A stretch of 64,000 nucleotides of DNA, taken from positions 28,421-92,420 of the forward strand of contig JBMCYV010000003.1 of NCBI GenBank assembly GCA_049199595.1. Reading direction: 5' to 3'. This document shows positions 1-8,950 of the stretch, in pieces. The notes beneath the pieces were generated by a model, which saw nothing but the letters and a program-made list of their open reading frames with translations, did not search any database and was not told where the DNA came from. Every line of letters starts with the position of its first letter. The first letter of the stretch is position 1. The stretch comes from Candidatus Nitrosomirales archaeon. Its GTDB lineage: Archaea; Thermoproteota; Nitrososphaeria; Nitrososphaerales; UBA213. Position numbers and translations under genes: made by a program.

Positions 1-260
1 CCCTGCTCAAGATGGCAGGAAGATGCAAAGATTTCCTTCTCTGCATGTATCGTCTTTACTATATTTCCACTTCTGACTGTATTCATCGATATAGGATCTT
101 CACGTATCAAGGGGAACCTGCAGTCATCATATGCTGGAAGTCCTTCAACTCCAACAGCATATGCCTGATTCATAACAGGTTGTACAAGAATAACGCCCAT
201 TACTAGAACAATGCCTAATACTATTCCTGAGTACTCAAGTCTCTTAGCTTGGGTTTCCAT
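1..260 (-). CDS. Secreted Cys-patterned two-module protein, family copy 0 (5' part only; the rest lies beyond the window edge)
   Basis: Reverse-strand translation from the ATG at 258-260 gives METQAKRLEYSGIVLGIVLVMGVILVQPVMNQAYA/VGVEGLPAYDDC..REDPISMNTVRSGNIVKTIHAEKEIF. This is the same signal peptide and module-A motif as 427..1164. ORF-track entry 12..206(+) is its antisense shadow. The conserved promoter module lies upstream (288..350). Confidence 0.8.
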   Translation of the reverse strand, partial: METQAKRLEYSGIVLGIVLVMGVILVQPVMNQAYAVGVEGLPAYDDCRFPLIREDPISMNTVRSGNIVKTIHAEKEIFASSCHLEQ

Positions 261-287
261 CTCTTCATTCCCTTACAGCTTCATAGA

Positions 288-350
288 TTATAAACAGGTA
301 TGAAATATGCAGTGGGATATTCAGTATCCTATGTTATTAATTGGAAGTAT
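288..350 (-). promoter_or_regulatory. Family promoter module, copy 0: upstream box plus TATA-containing box
   Basis: In gene orientation: ATACTTCCAATTAATAACATAGGATACTGAA, then 14 nt, then TTTCATACCTGTTTATAA, then about 29 nt ending AGAG-ATG. The same architecture and spacing occur at four other family loci. Confidence 0.6.
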
Positions 351-426
351 GGTAAATTTGGTTTTGCTAGAAGGTTTGCCAGATGTAGAAAATTAAGGTA
401 AGATTTCCAAAATAATATTAGATCGT

Positions 427-1164
427 TTAGTTCTGGATTGTTGAGAACTGGCAGGTTTCTACTGTTGCGTCTCTCAGGTCATCAGTCTGGTCTGTAATCA
501 GAACCACGCATCGCATCGCATGGAATTGTACTTCATCAACAGTCTGCGTCGCCAGATTTTCGAATACTATGGTGAACGTGACAACATCAACTTTCTTAAC
601 CGCCAAGGTTAGTGTACAAAAGAAGACTTCCTTCTGCGTTTCTATTGTCGTTACAGTGATACCCTTGTTCACGGTATTCATTTCTTGAGGATGTTTTATA
701 GAACGTTCTCCTGTTCCCTCTTCACATCCGCTTCCTACAAATACTGGACTTGTTGGAGGTACATAGGACTCACAATCAATCACTGTACTAGTGTTTTCGT
801 CTTTCAGACAGGTTGTCACAACAGCTGACGAACTTAGAACTTCTCTGGTAACGATATTTTCATAAACTTCGATATATGTCGTGACATCTGCTATAACCTC
901 GAGTTCACCTTGGTCAAGATCACACCTAAAGATCTCTTTTTCTGCATGTATGGTCTTCACTATATTTCCACTTCTGACCGTATTCATCGAGATGGGATCC
1001 TCAGCCTGTGTAAGAGAGGGACGGCAAGTATCATAACCTGGGAGTCCTTCTACACCAACTGCGTTAGCCCTCTGCATTGTTGGTTGTACTAGAACAAATG
1101 CCATAACTAGAACAGCACCTAGTGCTATTCCTGAATACTGAAGTCGCTTAGCTTGGGTTTCCAT
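427..1164 (-). CDS. Secreted Cys-patterned two-module protein, family copy 1
   Basis: 245-aa ORF. It has a hydrophobic signal (GIALGAVLVMAFVLVQPTMQRANA), module A (EDPISMNTVRSGNIVKTIHAEKEIFRC), module B (HPQEMNTVNKGITVTTIETQKEVFFC) and the C-terminal VETCQFSTIQN. Eight Cys are conserved, and it is paralogous to six other loci in the window. Confidence 0.85.
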   Translation of the reverse strand: METQAKRLQYSGIALGAVLVMAFVLVQPTMQRANAVGVEGLPGYDTCRPSLTQAEDPISMNTVRSGNIVKTIHAEKEIFRCDLDQGELEVIADVTTYIEVYENIVTREVLSSSAVVTTCLKDENTSTVIDCESYVPPTSPVFVGSGCEEGTGERSIKHPQEMNTVNKGITVTTIETQKEVFFCTLTLAVKKVDVVTFTIVFENLATQTVDEVQFHAMRCVVLITDQTDDLRDATVETCQFSTIQN

Positions 1165-1190
1165 CTCTTACATGAGAAGTACGTTCGGTT

Positions 1191-1255
1191 GTTAAAAAAC
1201 ACCTATGAAAGATATATGATGATCTTCAGTATCTTGTGTTACTAATCGGAAGTAT
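1191..1255 (-). promoter_or_regulatory. Family promoter module, copy 1
   Basis: In gene orientation: ATACTTCCGATTAGTAACACAAGATACTGAA, then 14 nt, then TTTCATAGGTGTTTTTTAAC, then about 30 nt ending AGAG-ATG. It starts only about 5 nt after the stop codon of copy 2. Confidence 0.6.
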
Positions 1256-1260
1256 GTCGC

Positions 1261-2400
1261 TTAATCTTGTATTGCAGAAAATTGGCATGATTCTACCGAA
1301 GCCACAAAATCTTCTAGGTCCAGATCAAAAGGTGCAGAACCTAACCGTGTACCATCGCCATCGTCATCCACGATCATCCCAACTACGCATCGAAATACAA
1401 GAAATTCTTTCTTCACTACCGGGTTAGCTGGGAGCAGGCTCAAGTCTTCCCATATCTCCGTAAATGTTACAATGTCAACTTTCTTTTCGTACCCTGGAAA
1501 GACTATTAAAACTGATCCTACATCAATCACAAAATCGTTAGTTCCTTCAGTAAGAAAGTCAAGGTTGCATATGAAGATCTCTTTTTGAGCTTCTATAGTC
1601 TTCACGATGTTGCCTTTGTTCACTGTATTCATTTCTTGTGGATGATCTACGGGGAGTGGTATGTTAATTTCTGCAATTATATCTCCAGTAATGTCGCTCA
1701 CTATTGTTATGATGGGACTAGCAGCTTCAATGCAATTCCTGACAGGTACCGGACCTGTTGGTATTGGAGCACTCTGGCATCCAAGCACTTGACCGCTTCC
1801 CGGCCGTCCTACAAGACCATCTTCATCATCGACATCATCATCTTCACCATCAAGGACTAACCCGCCTCCTTCCTTAACGCATGTTACCACAAGAGCATTT
1901 TTGTTTATGATTGATTTTGTACTAATGTTTTCATAGACCTCACCAAAGACAGTGATATCGACTGTTATAGGTAAGCCACCTTGCGCAGTAGCGCAACTAA
2001 ATACTTCTTTTTCGGCATGTGTGGTCTTGATTATGTTTCCATTCCTTACAGTGGTCATTGATATGCCATCTTCAGGAATGTTACTAATTCCGAATACAAG
2101 CGCAAAAAAGAGATTAATATACAAAGATGAACATGTGTCATACTCGGGAATTCCTTCCACAGTAACATTTGATACACTTGTCTGGGCTTTATTGCTCCCT
2201 TGCTCTCTCAAGTGTTCAAGTTGATCCCTGATCTTCTGCTCATCCTCAGGAGACAAGTCGCCTGTATGTTCTTCAATCATTGCTATTACGTCATCATCGC
2301 TTAAACTCTCATACTGTGCTGTAACCTGAGTCGGTTGTACCAGAACGAACGCTAGCGTTAGAAGGGCAGCTAAACCTGTTCCCCAGTATTGTCTTTTCAT
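1261..2400 (-). CDS. Secreted Cys-patterned two-module protein, family copy 2 (expanded form)
   Basis: The ORF track gives 1261..2448. The ATG at 2398-2400 (MKRQYWGTGLAALLTLAFVLVQPT) aligns with the signal peptides of the other copies. The protein contains EDGISMTTVRNGNIIKTTHAEKEVFSC, HPQEMNTVNKGNIVKTIEAQKEIFIC and the C-terminal VESCQFSAIQD. It also has an acidic N-terminal extension and long acidic or Gly-rich loop insertions. Confidence 0.8.
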   Translation of the reverse strand: MKRQYWGTGLAALLTLAFVLVQPTQVTAQYESLSDDDVIAMIEEHTGDLSPEDEQKIRDQLEHLREQGSNKAQTSVSNVTVEGIPEYDTCSSLYINLFFALVFGISNIPEDGISMTTVRNGNIIKTTHAEKEVFSCATAQGGLPITVDITVFGEVYENISTKSIINKNALVVTCVKEGGGLVLDGEDDDVDDEDGLVGRPGSGQVLGCQSAPIPTGPVPVRNCIEAASPIITIVSDITGDIIAEINIPLPVDHPQEMNTVNKGNIVKTIEAQKEIFICNLDFLTEGTNDFVIDVGSVLIVFPGYEKKVDIVTFTEIWEDLSLLPANPVVKKEFLVFRCVVGMIVDDDGDGTRLGSAPFDLDLEDFVASVESCQFSAIQD

Positions 2401-2421
2401 CTCTGGTATCTTTCTTGTTAT

Positions 2422-2487
2422 GCGATTTAAGGCACTATGGATCAACACGAATAATTTTCAGTATCGTGTGTTACTAATCGGAAGTAT
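2422..2487 (-). promoter_or_regulatory. Family promoter module, copy 2
   Basis: In gene orientation: ATACTTCCGATTAGTAACACACGATACTGAA, then CCATAGTGCCTTAAATC (a weaker TATA-like box), then a spacer ending AGAG-ATG. Confidence 0.5.
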
Positions 2488-2548
2488 AGTAGATCTCTCC
2501 TTCTGATAACTTTAGCTAGTTAGTCAGTCAATATGCTCGGAATGACAG

Positions 2549-3886
2549 TTATCCTAGATATTTTTCTATAGCGACTTCGTCGGGAGGCACGTAAGTCAAT
2601 GTCTTGATCATTGCACTGATAGCGTGCTGTGTATAATCAACCCTTGCAGTAGTAGATCCAAGTTGATAAACGAATGCACCTAGAGGCTCTTCAGGATCCT
2701 GATATGCTCCAGTGTTCGCCTTTGTATGTTGCAGTTTCATGAGAAAATTTGACGCCAAAAGTATAGATTGCTTGTATCTCTCCGCTCTCTCTTCATATCC
2801 CAATTTCTTTGCCAACAGATAAGCATCGCTAACTCCTTCACTTCTAACACCTGCAGTTATGCCTGGTATGCTCATTGTTCCATAAGCACCCAAATAATCT
2901 GGTCTCGGTGCATTATCGAGGTACTGCTGGCTCGTTAACCAGTCTTCCATCTGAAACACATAGTCTGCATACTTTTGTTTTGGTGATACTTCATACAATC
3001 TCACAAATGCTTGTGCAGTCCATGGAGTAAACTCCGTTGTGGGATCTTCGGTGAATGCGATACTGTAATACTCGTATGCTTTTTCTAGAGATTCCAAATA
3101 TCTCTGATCCTCAAAGAGCGTGTAGGCACGTATCAAAGCAAGCATTGCCTCTCCAGGATATATGTAGGAATCTTCATCGATCTCATATTCTCCATTGTAA
3201 ATATAGTAACTTTTGTATTTTCCTGTATCCTCCTGCATGAAAAGAATGAAATTAGTTAAATCTTTTATAGTATCAAGATATTTTCCAGTTTTTTCAACGG
3301 TTTCCAATTCTACCAATGCGATAGTGGTAAGACCTGCGCCGCCTAGTTTTGCATCATTATCATGAAATATGTAAGCTGTATCATCGTCAATATGTTCAAG
3401 ATGTTGCAGTAGAAAATCAACACCTTTCTTTGCAGATTCAAGATATTTTGGTTCGTGACTGTATTCGTAAAGCAAAACCAGAGAGTATACAACACCAGCA
3501 TGCCGCAGCATATTGTTGTCCATGCTGTAACTGTCAGTTTCTGGATAGTATTCATATTCATAACTTCCATCTGGCTTCTGCATTCTCACAACAAAATCAC
3601 CTCCAGAAATGATTGAGTTGTGCAACGCTTTGCTCAGATCTGTCTTTAATTCGATACTTGTACTTGCGGGAAGCACGACTGCACCATTCTTATCATCTTG
3701 TGCACTGGAATCTGTGAAAATATTAGGAGCCTCTTTGTACATGAAATACGTCGTGATCAAAACCGAGATAATTATGACAGAAATGATTAGTGCTAATAAT
3801 TTTGCAGTCGTTAATGTTATGCGTTTTGAAAATATGTTCTTCGCTGCTGGCAAATCTTCTGCATCTGTTTTCTTATTTTCTTTCAT
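2549..3886 (-). CDS. Membrane-anchored extracytoplasmic protein, possibly alpha/alpha-toroid (six-hairpin-like) fold; function unknown
   Basis: 445-aa ORF with a single N-terminal TM segment (LLALIISVIIISVLITTYFMY). Repeated aromatic-rich helical hairpin patterns (YSLVLLYEYS, GEAMLALIRAY, WTAQAFVRLYE) are reminiscent of six-hairpin or terpenoid-cyclase-like toroids. No catalytic motif was recognised. Confidence 0.45.
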   Translation of the reverse strand: MKENKKTDAEDLPAAKNIFSKRITLTTAKLLALIISVIIISVLITTYFMYKEAPNIFTDSSAQDDKNGAVVLPASTSIELKTDLSKALHNSIISGGDFVVRMQKPDGSYEYEYYPETDSYSMDNNMLRHAGVVYSLVLLYEYSHEPKYLESAKKGVDFLLQHLEHIDDDTAYIFHDNDAKLGGAGLTTIALVELETVEKTGKYLDTIKDLTNFILFMQEDTGKYKSYYIYNGEYEIDEDSYIYPGEAMLALIRAYTLFEDQRYLESLEKAYEYYSIAFTEDPTTEFTPWTAQAFVRLYEVSPKQKYADYVFQMEDWLTSQQYLDNAPRPDYLGAYGTMSIPGITAGVRSEGVSDAYLLAKKLGYEERAERYKQSILLASNFLMKLQHTKANTGAYQDPEEPLGAFVYQLGSTTARVDYTQHAISAMIKTLTYVPPDEVAIEKYLG

Positions 3887-3948
3887 CTATATACTGTATG
3901 TTTTTGCCTGTAAGTATTAAATTTATTAGGGTTCTTGTAAGATAGTTT

Positions 3949-4350
3949 TCAGCTCTGTTTAGCAAGCTTCAGAGCTACAGAATTCATGCAATAGCGTTGT
4001 TGTGTCGGTGCTGGTCCGTCATCAAACACATGTCCAAGATGTGCACCGCATTTATTGCAGGTTACCTCTACCCTTATCATACCATAATTACCATCAGATT
4101 CTTTCTCAACGCTTTCCGCATTAATTGGCTCCCAGAAACTCGGCCATCCCGTACCCGAATCAAACTTTGTCTCTGAACTGAATAACTCATTGCCACAACA
4201 CACGCACGTGTAGATCCCTTTATCCTTGCAGTTATTGTATTCACCAGAGAAAGGTCTTTCCGTGCCTTTATTTCTGCAGATCTCATACTGTTCAGGTGTA
4301 AGCTCTCTCTTCCACTCTTCTTCTGATTTCACTAATTCTTTTTTTCCCAT
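3949..4350 (-). CDS. msrB: Peptide-methionine (R)-S-oxide reductase
   Basis: SelR/MsrB hallmarks are present: two CxxC zinc pairs ([21 protein letters not shown]), GTGWPSF, and the catalytic RYCMNS near the C-terminus. Confidence 0.93.
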   Translation of the reverse strand: MGKKELVKSEEEWKRELTPEQYEICRNKGTERPFSGEYNNCKDKGIYTCVCCGNELFSSETKFDSGTGWPSFWEPINAESVEKESDGNYGMIRVEVTCNKCGAHLGHVFDDGPAPTQQRYCMNSVALKLAKQS

Positions 4351-4425
4351 GACTAAAATTAGCTAAACCAATATTAGAAGGTATTTCCAAAATCATATCT
4401 AAATCTTTTATAACTATCAAATGCT

Positions 4426-5157
4426 ATGTGTACCGTGGATAAAATCAGGCTGGTTGTTACTGGGATCGGCATAGCAGCTGTTGCTATAGGAATCTTTGGA
4501 TTTTATCTTGCCAATCAACAATCGGCAGAAAATGATTACGTCAGTGGCGTAAATAAGATTGTATACGCTCGAAGCCAGATCATTAGCGAGTTCATGAGTG
4601 ATCTCTTACCAAGATTGGAGACCAAACAGCTCTCCATAGCGGACGGCAAGTCCATGGTAGCATTGCGTGCAAACTATGCCGATGAATTGCATCAACAAGC
4701 CTTGGGCATGAATGTTCCAGACAGGTACAGATCATCTCACCCTCATTTCATACAGAGCCTTGATTACTTTGCCAGATCGATAGAATCTACAAGAGATGCG
4801 CTGCAATATACAGAGGATGCGTTACAAACAAGTGAACAGCTGCAGATACCTTCTAGCAATGTTATAGGAGCAATATTCGCGTTTGGCTCATTGCCAGACT
4901 CATCAGAAATGTCTGATCTGCGTTCCAAAACCGATGTTGCAAGAAATGCCTTTAACGAAGCAGTGCAGTATCTGCAGAAATCAGAAGAAGAATTAGGAAC
5001 TTTTTCTTCAACGTCGGACATTCAATTCAAGGATTCATCCGCTGGCACAGTAAGTCCAGATCAGTTGGAGGAATGCAGACAACTTGGTATCCCAGCATTC
5101 TCATGTAACGAAAAAGAGATACTCGACAAGAAGAAGCTTTTGAATACTGGCAAGTGA
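4426..5157 (+). CDS. Hypothetical N-terminally membrane-anchored protein
   Basis: 243-aa ORF with one N-terminal TM segment (VVTGIGIAAVAIGIFGFYLA) followed by a helical soluble region. No motif was recognised. Confidence 0.5.
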   Translation: MCTVDKIRLVVTGIGIAAVAIGIFGFYLANQQSAENDYVSGVNKIVYARSQIISEFMSDLLPRLETKQLSIADGKSMVALRANYADELHQQALGMNVPDRYRSSHPHFIQSLDYFARSIESTRDALQYTEDALQTSEQLQIPSSNVIGAIFAFGSLPDSSEMSDLRSKTDVARNAFNEAVQYLQKSEEELGTFSSTSDIQFKDSSAGTVSPDQLEECRQLGIPAFSCNEKEILDKKKLLNTGK

Positions 5158-5158
5158 T

Positions 5159-5902
5159 TCAAGTTATTGCGGGAATTTCTTCTAAACTGATATTTTTGAA
5201 GCCATTTATCGTGCTAGGCGATGCATTGTAGAGTTTAGATGCAGAAAATGTAGACAACCATTCGAGAAGCTGCTTACCAACAGCCATCTTGGCAATCTTA
5301 AGTTTTTCATCCTTGACCTTTGTCTTTGAGTACCTACCAATCTTCTCTCCAAAATCCATTCCAACAAGTATTATATTGTTTGCCCCAAATTCACTTGCAA
5401 GAAACACAGCTCGATCTCCATCTGTGAAACCTCCAAAGTTGTAGACATTGTGCAATGGCTTTACCTGCGTTGTACCAATGCAGTTCTTCATCTTGGGCAC
5501 CAAGTTCCTCATCAAGTCTACATTGTCACCATGTGCATGCACGACCATTATTGAACCCATTTTGTTAGCCTGCAAGAGATGCTCATGGCTTCCATCCAGA
5601 TCCGTTACCACAATATCTGGCTTGATATTATTCTCTAGTAATGCTTGAGATGCTCCATCAGCAGCTATTATTGTAAACTGCTTTAACGAACTTAGCTTGG
5701 AAAGGTTATCTTCCAATGATGGACCTGCACCTACCACAAGAACGTTTTTGTTGGAGATCAAATTCGACAAGGTTTCCAAATCCACGCACTTGCCTTCTAG
5801 CAATTCACTCAAGAACCTAGCAGCATTCTGATCTTCCACAACACTGTATCCAAACTTTATTCTCAGCACATCGTACTGCTTTAACCATTCATTCAGCTGC
5901 AT
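5159..5902 (-). CDS. mptE: 6-hydroxymethyl-7,8-dihydropterin pyrophosphokinase, archaeal MptE (DUF115) type
   Basis: The DUF115/MptE pattern is present: VLVVGAGPSLEDN, IIAADGAS, PDIVVTDLDG, VVHAHGDN. Dihydropteroate synthase lies nearby at 9421. Confidence 0.7.
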   Translation of the reverse strand: MQLNEWLKQYDVLRIKFGYSVVEDQNAARFLSELLEGKCVDLETLSNLISNKNVLVVGAGPSLEDNLSKLSSLKQFTIIAADGASQALLENNIKPDIVVTDLDGSHEHLLQANKMGSIMVVHAHGDNVDLMRNLVPKMKNCIGTTQVKPLHNVYNFGGFTDGDRAVFLASEFGANNIILVGMDFGEKIGRYSKTKVKDEKLKIAKMAVGKQLLEWLSTFSASKLYNASPSTINGFKNISLEEIPAIT

Positions 5903-6151
5903 GGCGCACCTTTCTAGCGCACTATTCTAACATATCAAGTGTGCTGGTTATTCCCATCATCGCGCTACCAAGCTTTAGATTTGACCATGTTAGCCTACCT
6001 AAAGAAAACGTGCTTTGGTTGTTATATAAAGTCGGTATACGCATAGCAGGAAAATACGAATTTACAAACCATAATGTAGAAAAATTTTCATCAATATTAA
6101 GGAACATTGAATCCACAACCCTTATTAGTTTTAGTGGGGTTCGAGCCTTGA

Positions 6152-8899
6152 ATGGCGCATAGACTACTCTTTACATTTGTACTGGTAACAGTCCTGTCTA
6201 GCGTTATCTCATTCTCTTCAATAGATTATGCATATTCAAAGGAAAGTAAATCGAGCCAAGACGGGGAAGTAGAGATGCAGGGACAATCTAGTGATAATAA
6301 CTCAAAAAGCCAGAAGGATTCAGATAAAAACAAGATAGTTGACGCGCTCGATGAAGAAATTAAGAACAAGTCAGATAGTTACAAGAAAGATGTAATAGCT
6401 TTACTAAATCTCCCAAGCGACCAAGCAGGAGGGAAAGTGAAGTTACTTAAGAAATTCCTTGGTGAATTTGAGATAGATGATGTTTATTCAGTAATACCTG
6501 GATTTTCTGCAACAATGACCAAGAAACAGATCCTTGCACTGGCAGCACTTAGTGACACTCTTCAAATCGAACCTGATCTTGAGGTCCACGCATTCTTGGA
6601 CGAATCTACTGTATGGTTTGGGGTACAGCAGGCTAGGACTGATTTAGGCGTTGATGGTAATGCTGATGGAAATCCAACTGTGTATAGCAAGGATGACATA
6701 GTCATTGCAGTAGTAGATACTGGCATAAATCCAAATCATCTGGATCTTGATTCTGGCAAGATCATAGCATGTAGGGACTTTGTCAACGGTGGAACAGTTT
6801 GCATGGATGATAATGGTCATGGAACTCATGTTGCAAGCATCGCCGCTGGTGAGGGTCAGGCAAACCCTGCATATGCTGGTGTGGCTCCAAGGGCTGCATT
6901 GGTAGGAGTCAAAGTATTGAACTCTGCTGGATCTGGCTCTACAAGCACGGTCATAAGCGGAGTGAACTGGGTTGTGCAAAACAAGGCACTGTATGGTATT
7001 GAGATCATGAATCTTAGCTTGGGTAGCACTGGTTGTTCAAATGGTAGTGACAGCCTCAGTTTAGCTATAAACAGTGCAGTAAATAATGGAATAGTAGTTA
7101 CTGTTGCTGCTGGTAACAGCGGACCCAAAACTTGCACCATAGGCTCACCAGGTGCGGCGCAAAACGCTATAACAGTTGGTGCAATGGCTGACGTAGGCGA
7201 ATTGGGATTCTCGATAGCATACTTTTCAAGCAGAGGTCCAACAGCCGACAATAGAATCAAGCCTGACATTGTTGCGGCAGGAGTTTCAATAACCGCGGCA
7301 CAAAGTGGTACCACTACTGGCTATACAACTCTTAGCGGAACAAGTATGGCCACTCCATTCGTTGCAGGTGTAGCTGCGCTTATGCTGGACGCAAACCCAT
7401 CACTGACACCTGCTGATGTGAAGGCTAGGATCATGAACACAGCTATAGATTGGGGTCCGGCGGGTATCGATGTTGATTATGGTGCTGGGCGTCTTGATGC
7501 TTACGAGGCTGTCAACAACGCACTATCGGTAGCATCTCTTGGAAACATAGCTGTACCAACTCATACCTTCATCTCTGATAGTCTGGGAGCAACTGGTTCG
7601 ACTGACACTTGGAGTATTGATGTTGCAGATACATCATATCCAATCTCCATAGCAATGATTATGACATCATGGTCTTCTTCAAGTTCCCCTGATTTTGATA
7701 TTGAACTTTACAGCCCCAGTAGTACATTAATTGCGATTTCTGACGGGACAACTAGGCAGGAGACCATAAAGGCATCGGTTTCTACAACAGGGATCTATAC
7801 GTTGGAAGTTTATTCATACACAGGAAGCGGTCCTTACTTCGTGGATCTTTCCTCAGGAAGCGCACCTCCGCCTCCACCAAATAATGCTCCAGTAGCAGTA
7901 GATGACTCTGCAACAACAGAGGAGGACGTATCTGTAATTGTCAATGTTCTAGCAGGTGACAGCGATCCGGATTTTGATACGTTAACTGTTACGTCAGTCT
8001 CAGCACCATCTAAAGGTGTGGCAACTAACAATGGAGACGGAACCGTAACATACAATCCAAATCTAAACTCGAATGGAGCAGATAGCTTTACTTATACAAT
8101 ATCAGATGGAAAAGGAGGAACCGATACGGGATCTGTAAGCATCACTGTTAACGCTATAAACGATGCACCGGTATCAAATAATCAATCTGTCACAACTACC
8201 AAAGATACACCAGTTGCTATCACTTTAGCAGGTAGCGACGTGGATGGGGGTGCACCGATATACTCTGTAGTCGTCGGACCAACAAATGGCGTCCTGTCGG
8301 GAATTGCTCCAAGCCTAACCTACACACCAAATACTAATTTCGTCGGTCTTGACAGTTTTACTTTCAAGGCTAATGATGGTTCGTTGGACAGCAATATTGC
8401 TATGGTAGACATAACAGTGAACCCTCCAGTAGAGCAGATATTTTCCGATGATTTCCCCAACTTTGCTAAATGGACAGAATCCAACGAGTTCGACTGGAAT
8501 GTTGAGAAATTCGCGGAAAAGAATGTTCCAGGACATACCGCATCGAATTTGGTTGCACATGCCGATAGATGCACTTCTTCTACCGGTTGCATACTCACGA
8601 GTAATGCTGTCGATTTGAGTGGTTATCAAAGTGCAACACTCACGTTCTGGAGATATGTAGATAATGACTTGGATAATAATGAATTTTTGAGAGTGCAGAT
8701 ATTTGACGGAACGAACTGGAATACGATATTTTCCTGGACAAACAGAAGCGGCGATGATGACACATGGCATCAGGAAACCTTTAACCTGTCAGGGTATCTT
8801 AATTCAGGCTTCAATCTGAGATTTGTGTCTAAACAAAGTTCTTCAAGCGAAGATACAGAAATAGATGATGTCTTGATTTCTGGCGTTCCTAAGATCTGA
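6152..8899 (+). CDS. Secreted multidomain subtilisin-like serine protease (S8) with I9-like propeptide, two cadherin/Ig-like repeats and a C-terminal jelly-roll-like domain
   Basis: It has a signal peptide and the catalytic triad motifs VVDTGINPNH (Asp), HGTHVASIAAG (His) and SGTSMATPFVAGVAALML (Ser). A PPPPP linker follows. Two roughly 95-aa repeats of the form NxAPVAVDD...DSFTYTISDG...VNAINDAPV come next. The C-terminal domain of about 160 aa has no motif I recognise. Confidence 0.9.
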   Translation: MAHRLLFTFVLVTVLSSVISFSSIDYAYSKESKSSQDGEVEMQGQSSDNNSKSQKDSDKNKIVDALDEEIKNKSDSYKKDVIALLNLPSDQAGGKVKLLKKFLGEFEIDDVYSVIPGFSATMTKKQILALAALSDTLQIEPDLEVHAFLDESTVWFGVQQARTDLGVDGNADGNPTVYSKDDIVIAVVDTGINPNHLDLDSGKIIACRDFVNGGTVCMDDNGHGTHVASIAAGEGQANPAYAGVAPRAALVGVKVLNSAGSGSTSTVISGVNWVVQNKALYGIEIMNLSLGSTGCSNGSDSLSLAINSAVNNGIVVTVAAGNSGPKTCTIGSPGAAQNAITVGAMADVGELGFSIAYFSSRGPTADNRIKPDIVAAGVSITAAQSGTTTGYTTLSGTSMATPFVAGVAALMLDANPSLTPADVKARIMNTAIDWGPAGIDVDYGAGRLDAYEAVNNALSVASLGNIAVPTHTFISDSLGATGSTDTWSIDVADTSYPISIAMIMTSWSSSSSPDFDIELYSPSSTLIAISDGTTRQETIKASVSTTGIYTLEVYSYTGSGPYFVDLSSGSAPPPPPNNAPVAVDDSATTEEDVSVIVNVLAGDSDPDFDTLTVTSVSAPSKGVATNNGDGTVTYNPNLNSNGADSFTYTISDGKGGTDTGSVSITVNAINDAPVSNNQSVTTTKDTPVAITLAGSDVDGGAPIYSVVVGPTNGVLSGIAPSLTYTPNTNFVGLDSFTFKANDGSLDSNIAMVDITVNPPVEQIFSDDFPNFAKWTESNEFDWNVEKFAEKNVPGHTASNLVAHADRCTSSTGCILTSNAVDLSGYQSATLTFWRYVDNDLDNNEFLRVQIFDGTNWNTIFSWTNRSGDDDTWHQETFNLSGYLNSGFNLRFVSKQSSSSEDTEIDDVLISGVPKI

Positions 8900-8950
8900 T
8901 AAGACTTCATCACAAAAGATTTATCACCATGAATTTTAGACAATGCGAAG

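Noticed and set aside
5922-6162. ORFs 5922..6116(-) and 5941..6162(+) in the mptE/protease spacer. Also 56447..56671(-) and 54930..55118(-) in other spacers.
   Set aside because: These are AT-rich, low-complexity products that overlap each other or likely promoter regions. They have no motifs or paralogs, so they are treated as non-coding.
6644-8770. Minus-strand ORFs inside the protease gene (6644..6979, 6856..7314, 7834..8055, 8315..8770, 8320..8598).
   Set aside because: They overlap a gene with an unambiguous S8 catalytic triad and domain structure, and the antisense products have no motifs. The same reasoning applies to antisense ORFs inside guaB (11191..12333), hisD, fdhA-like, E1 and others.
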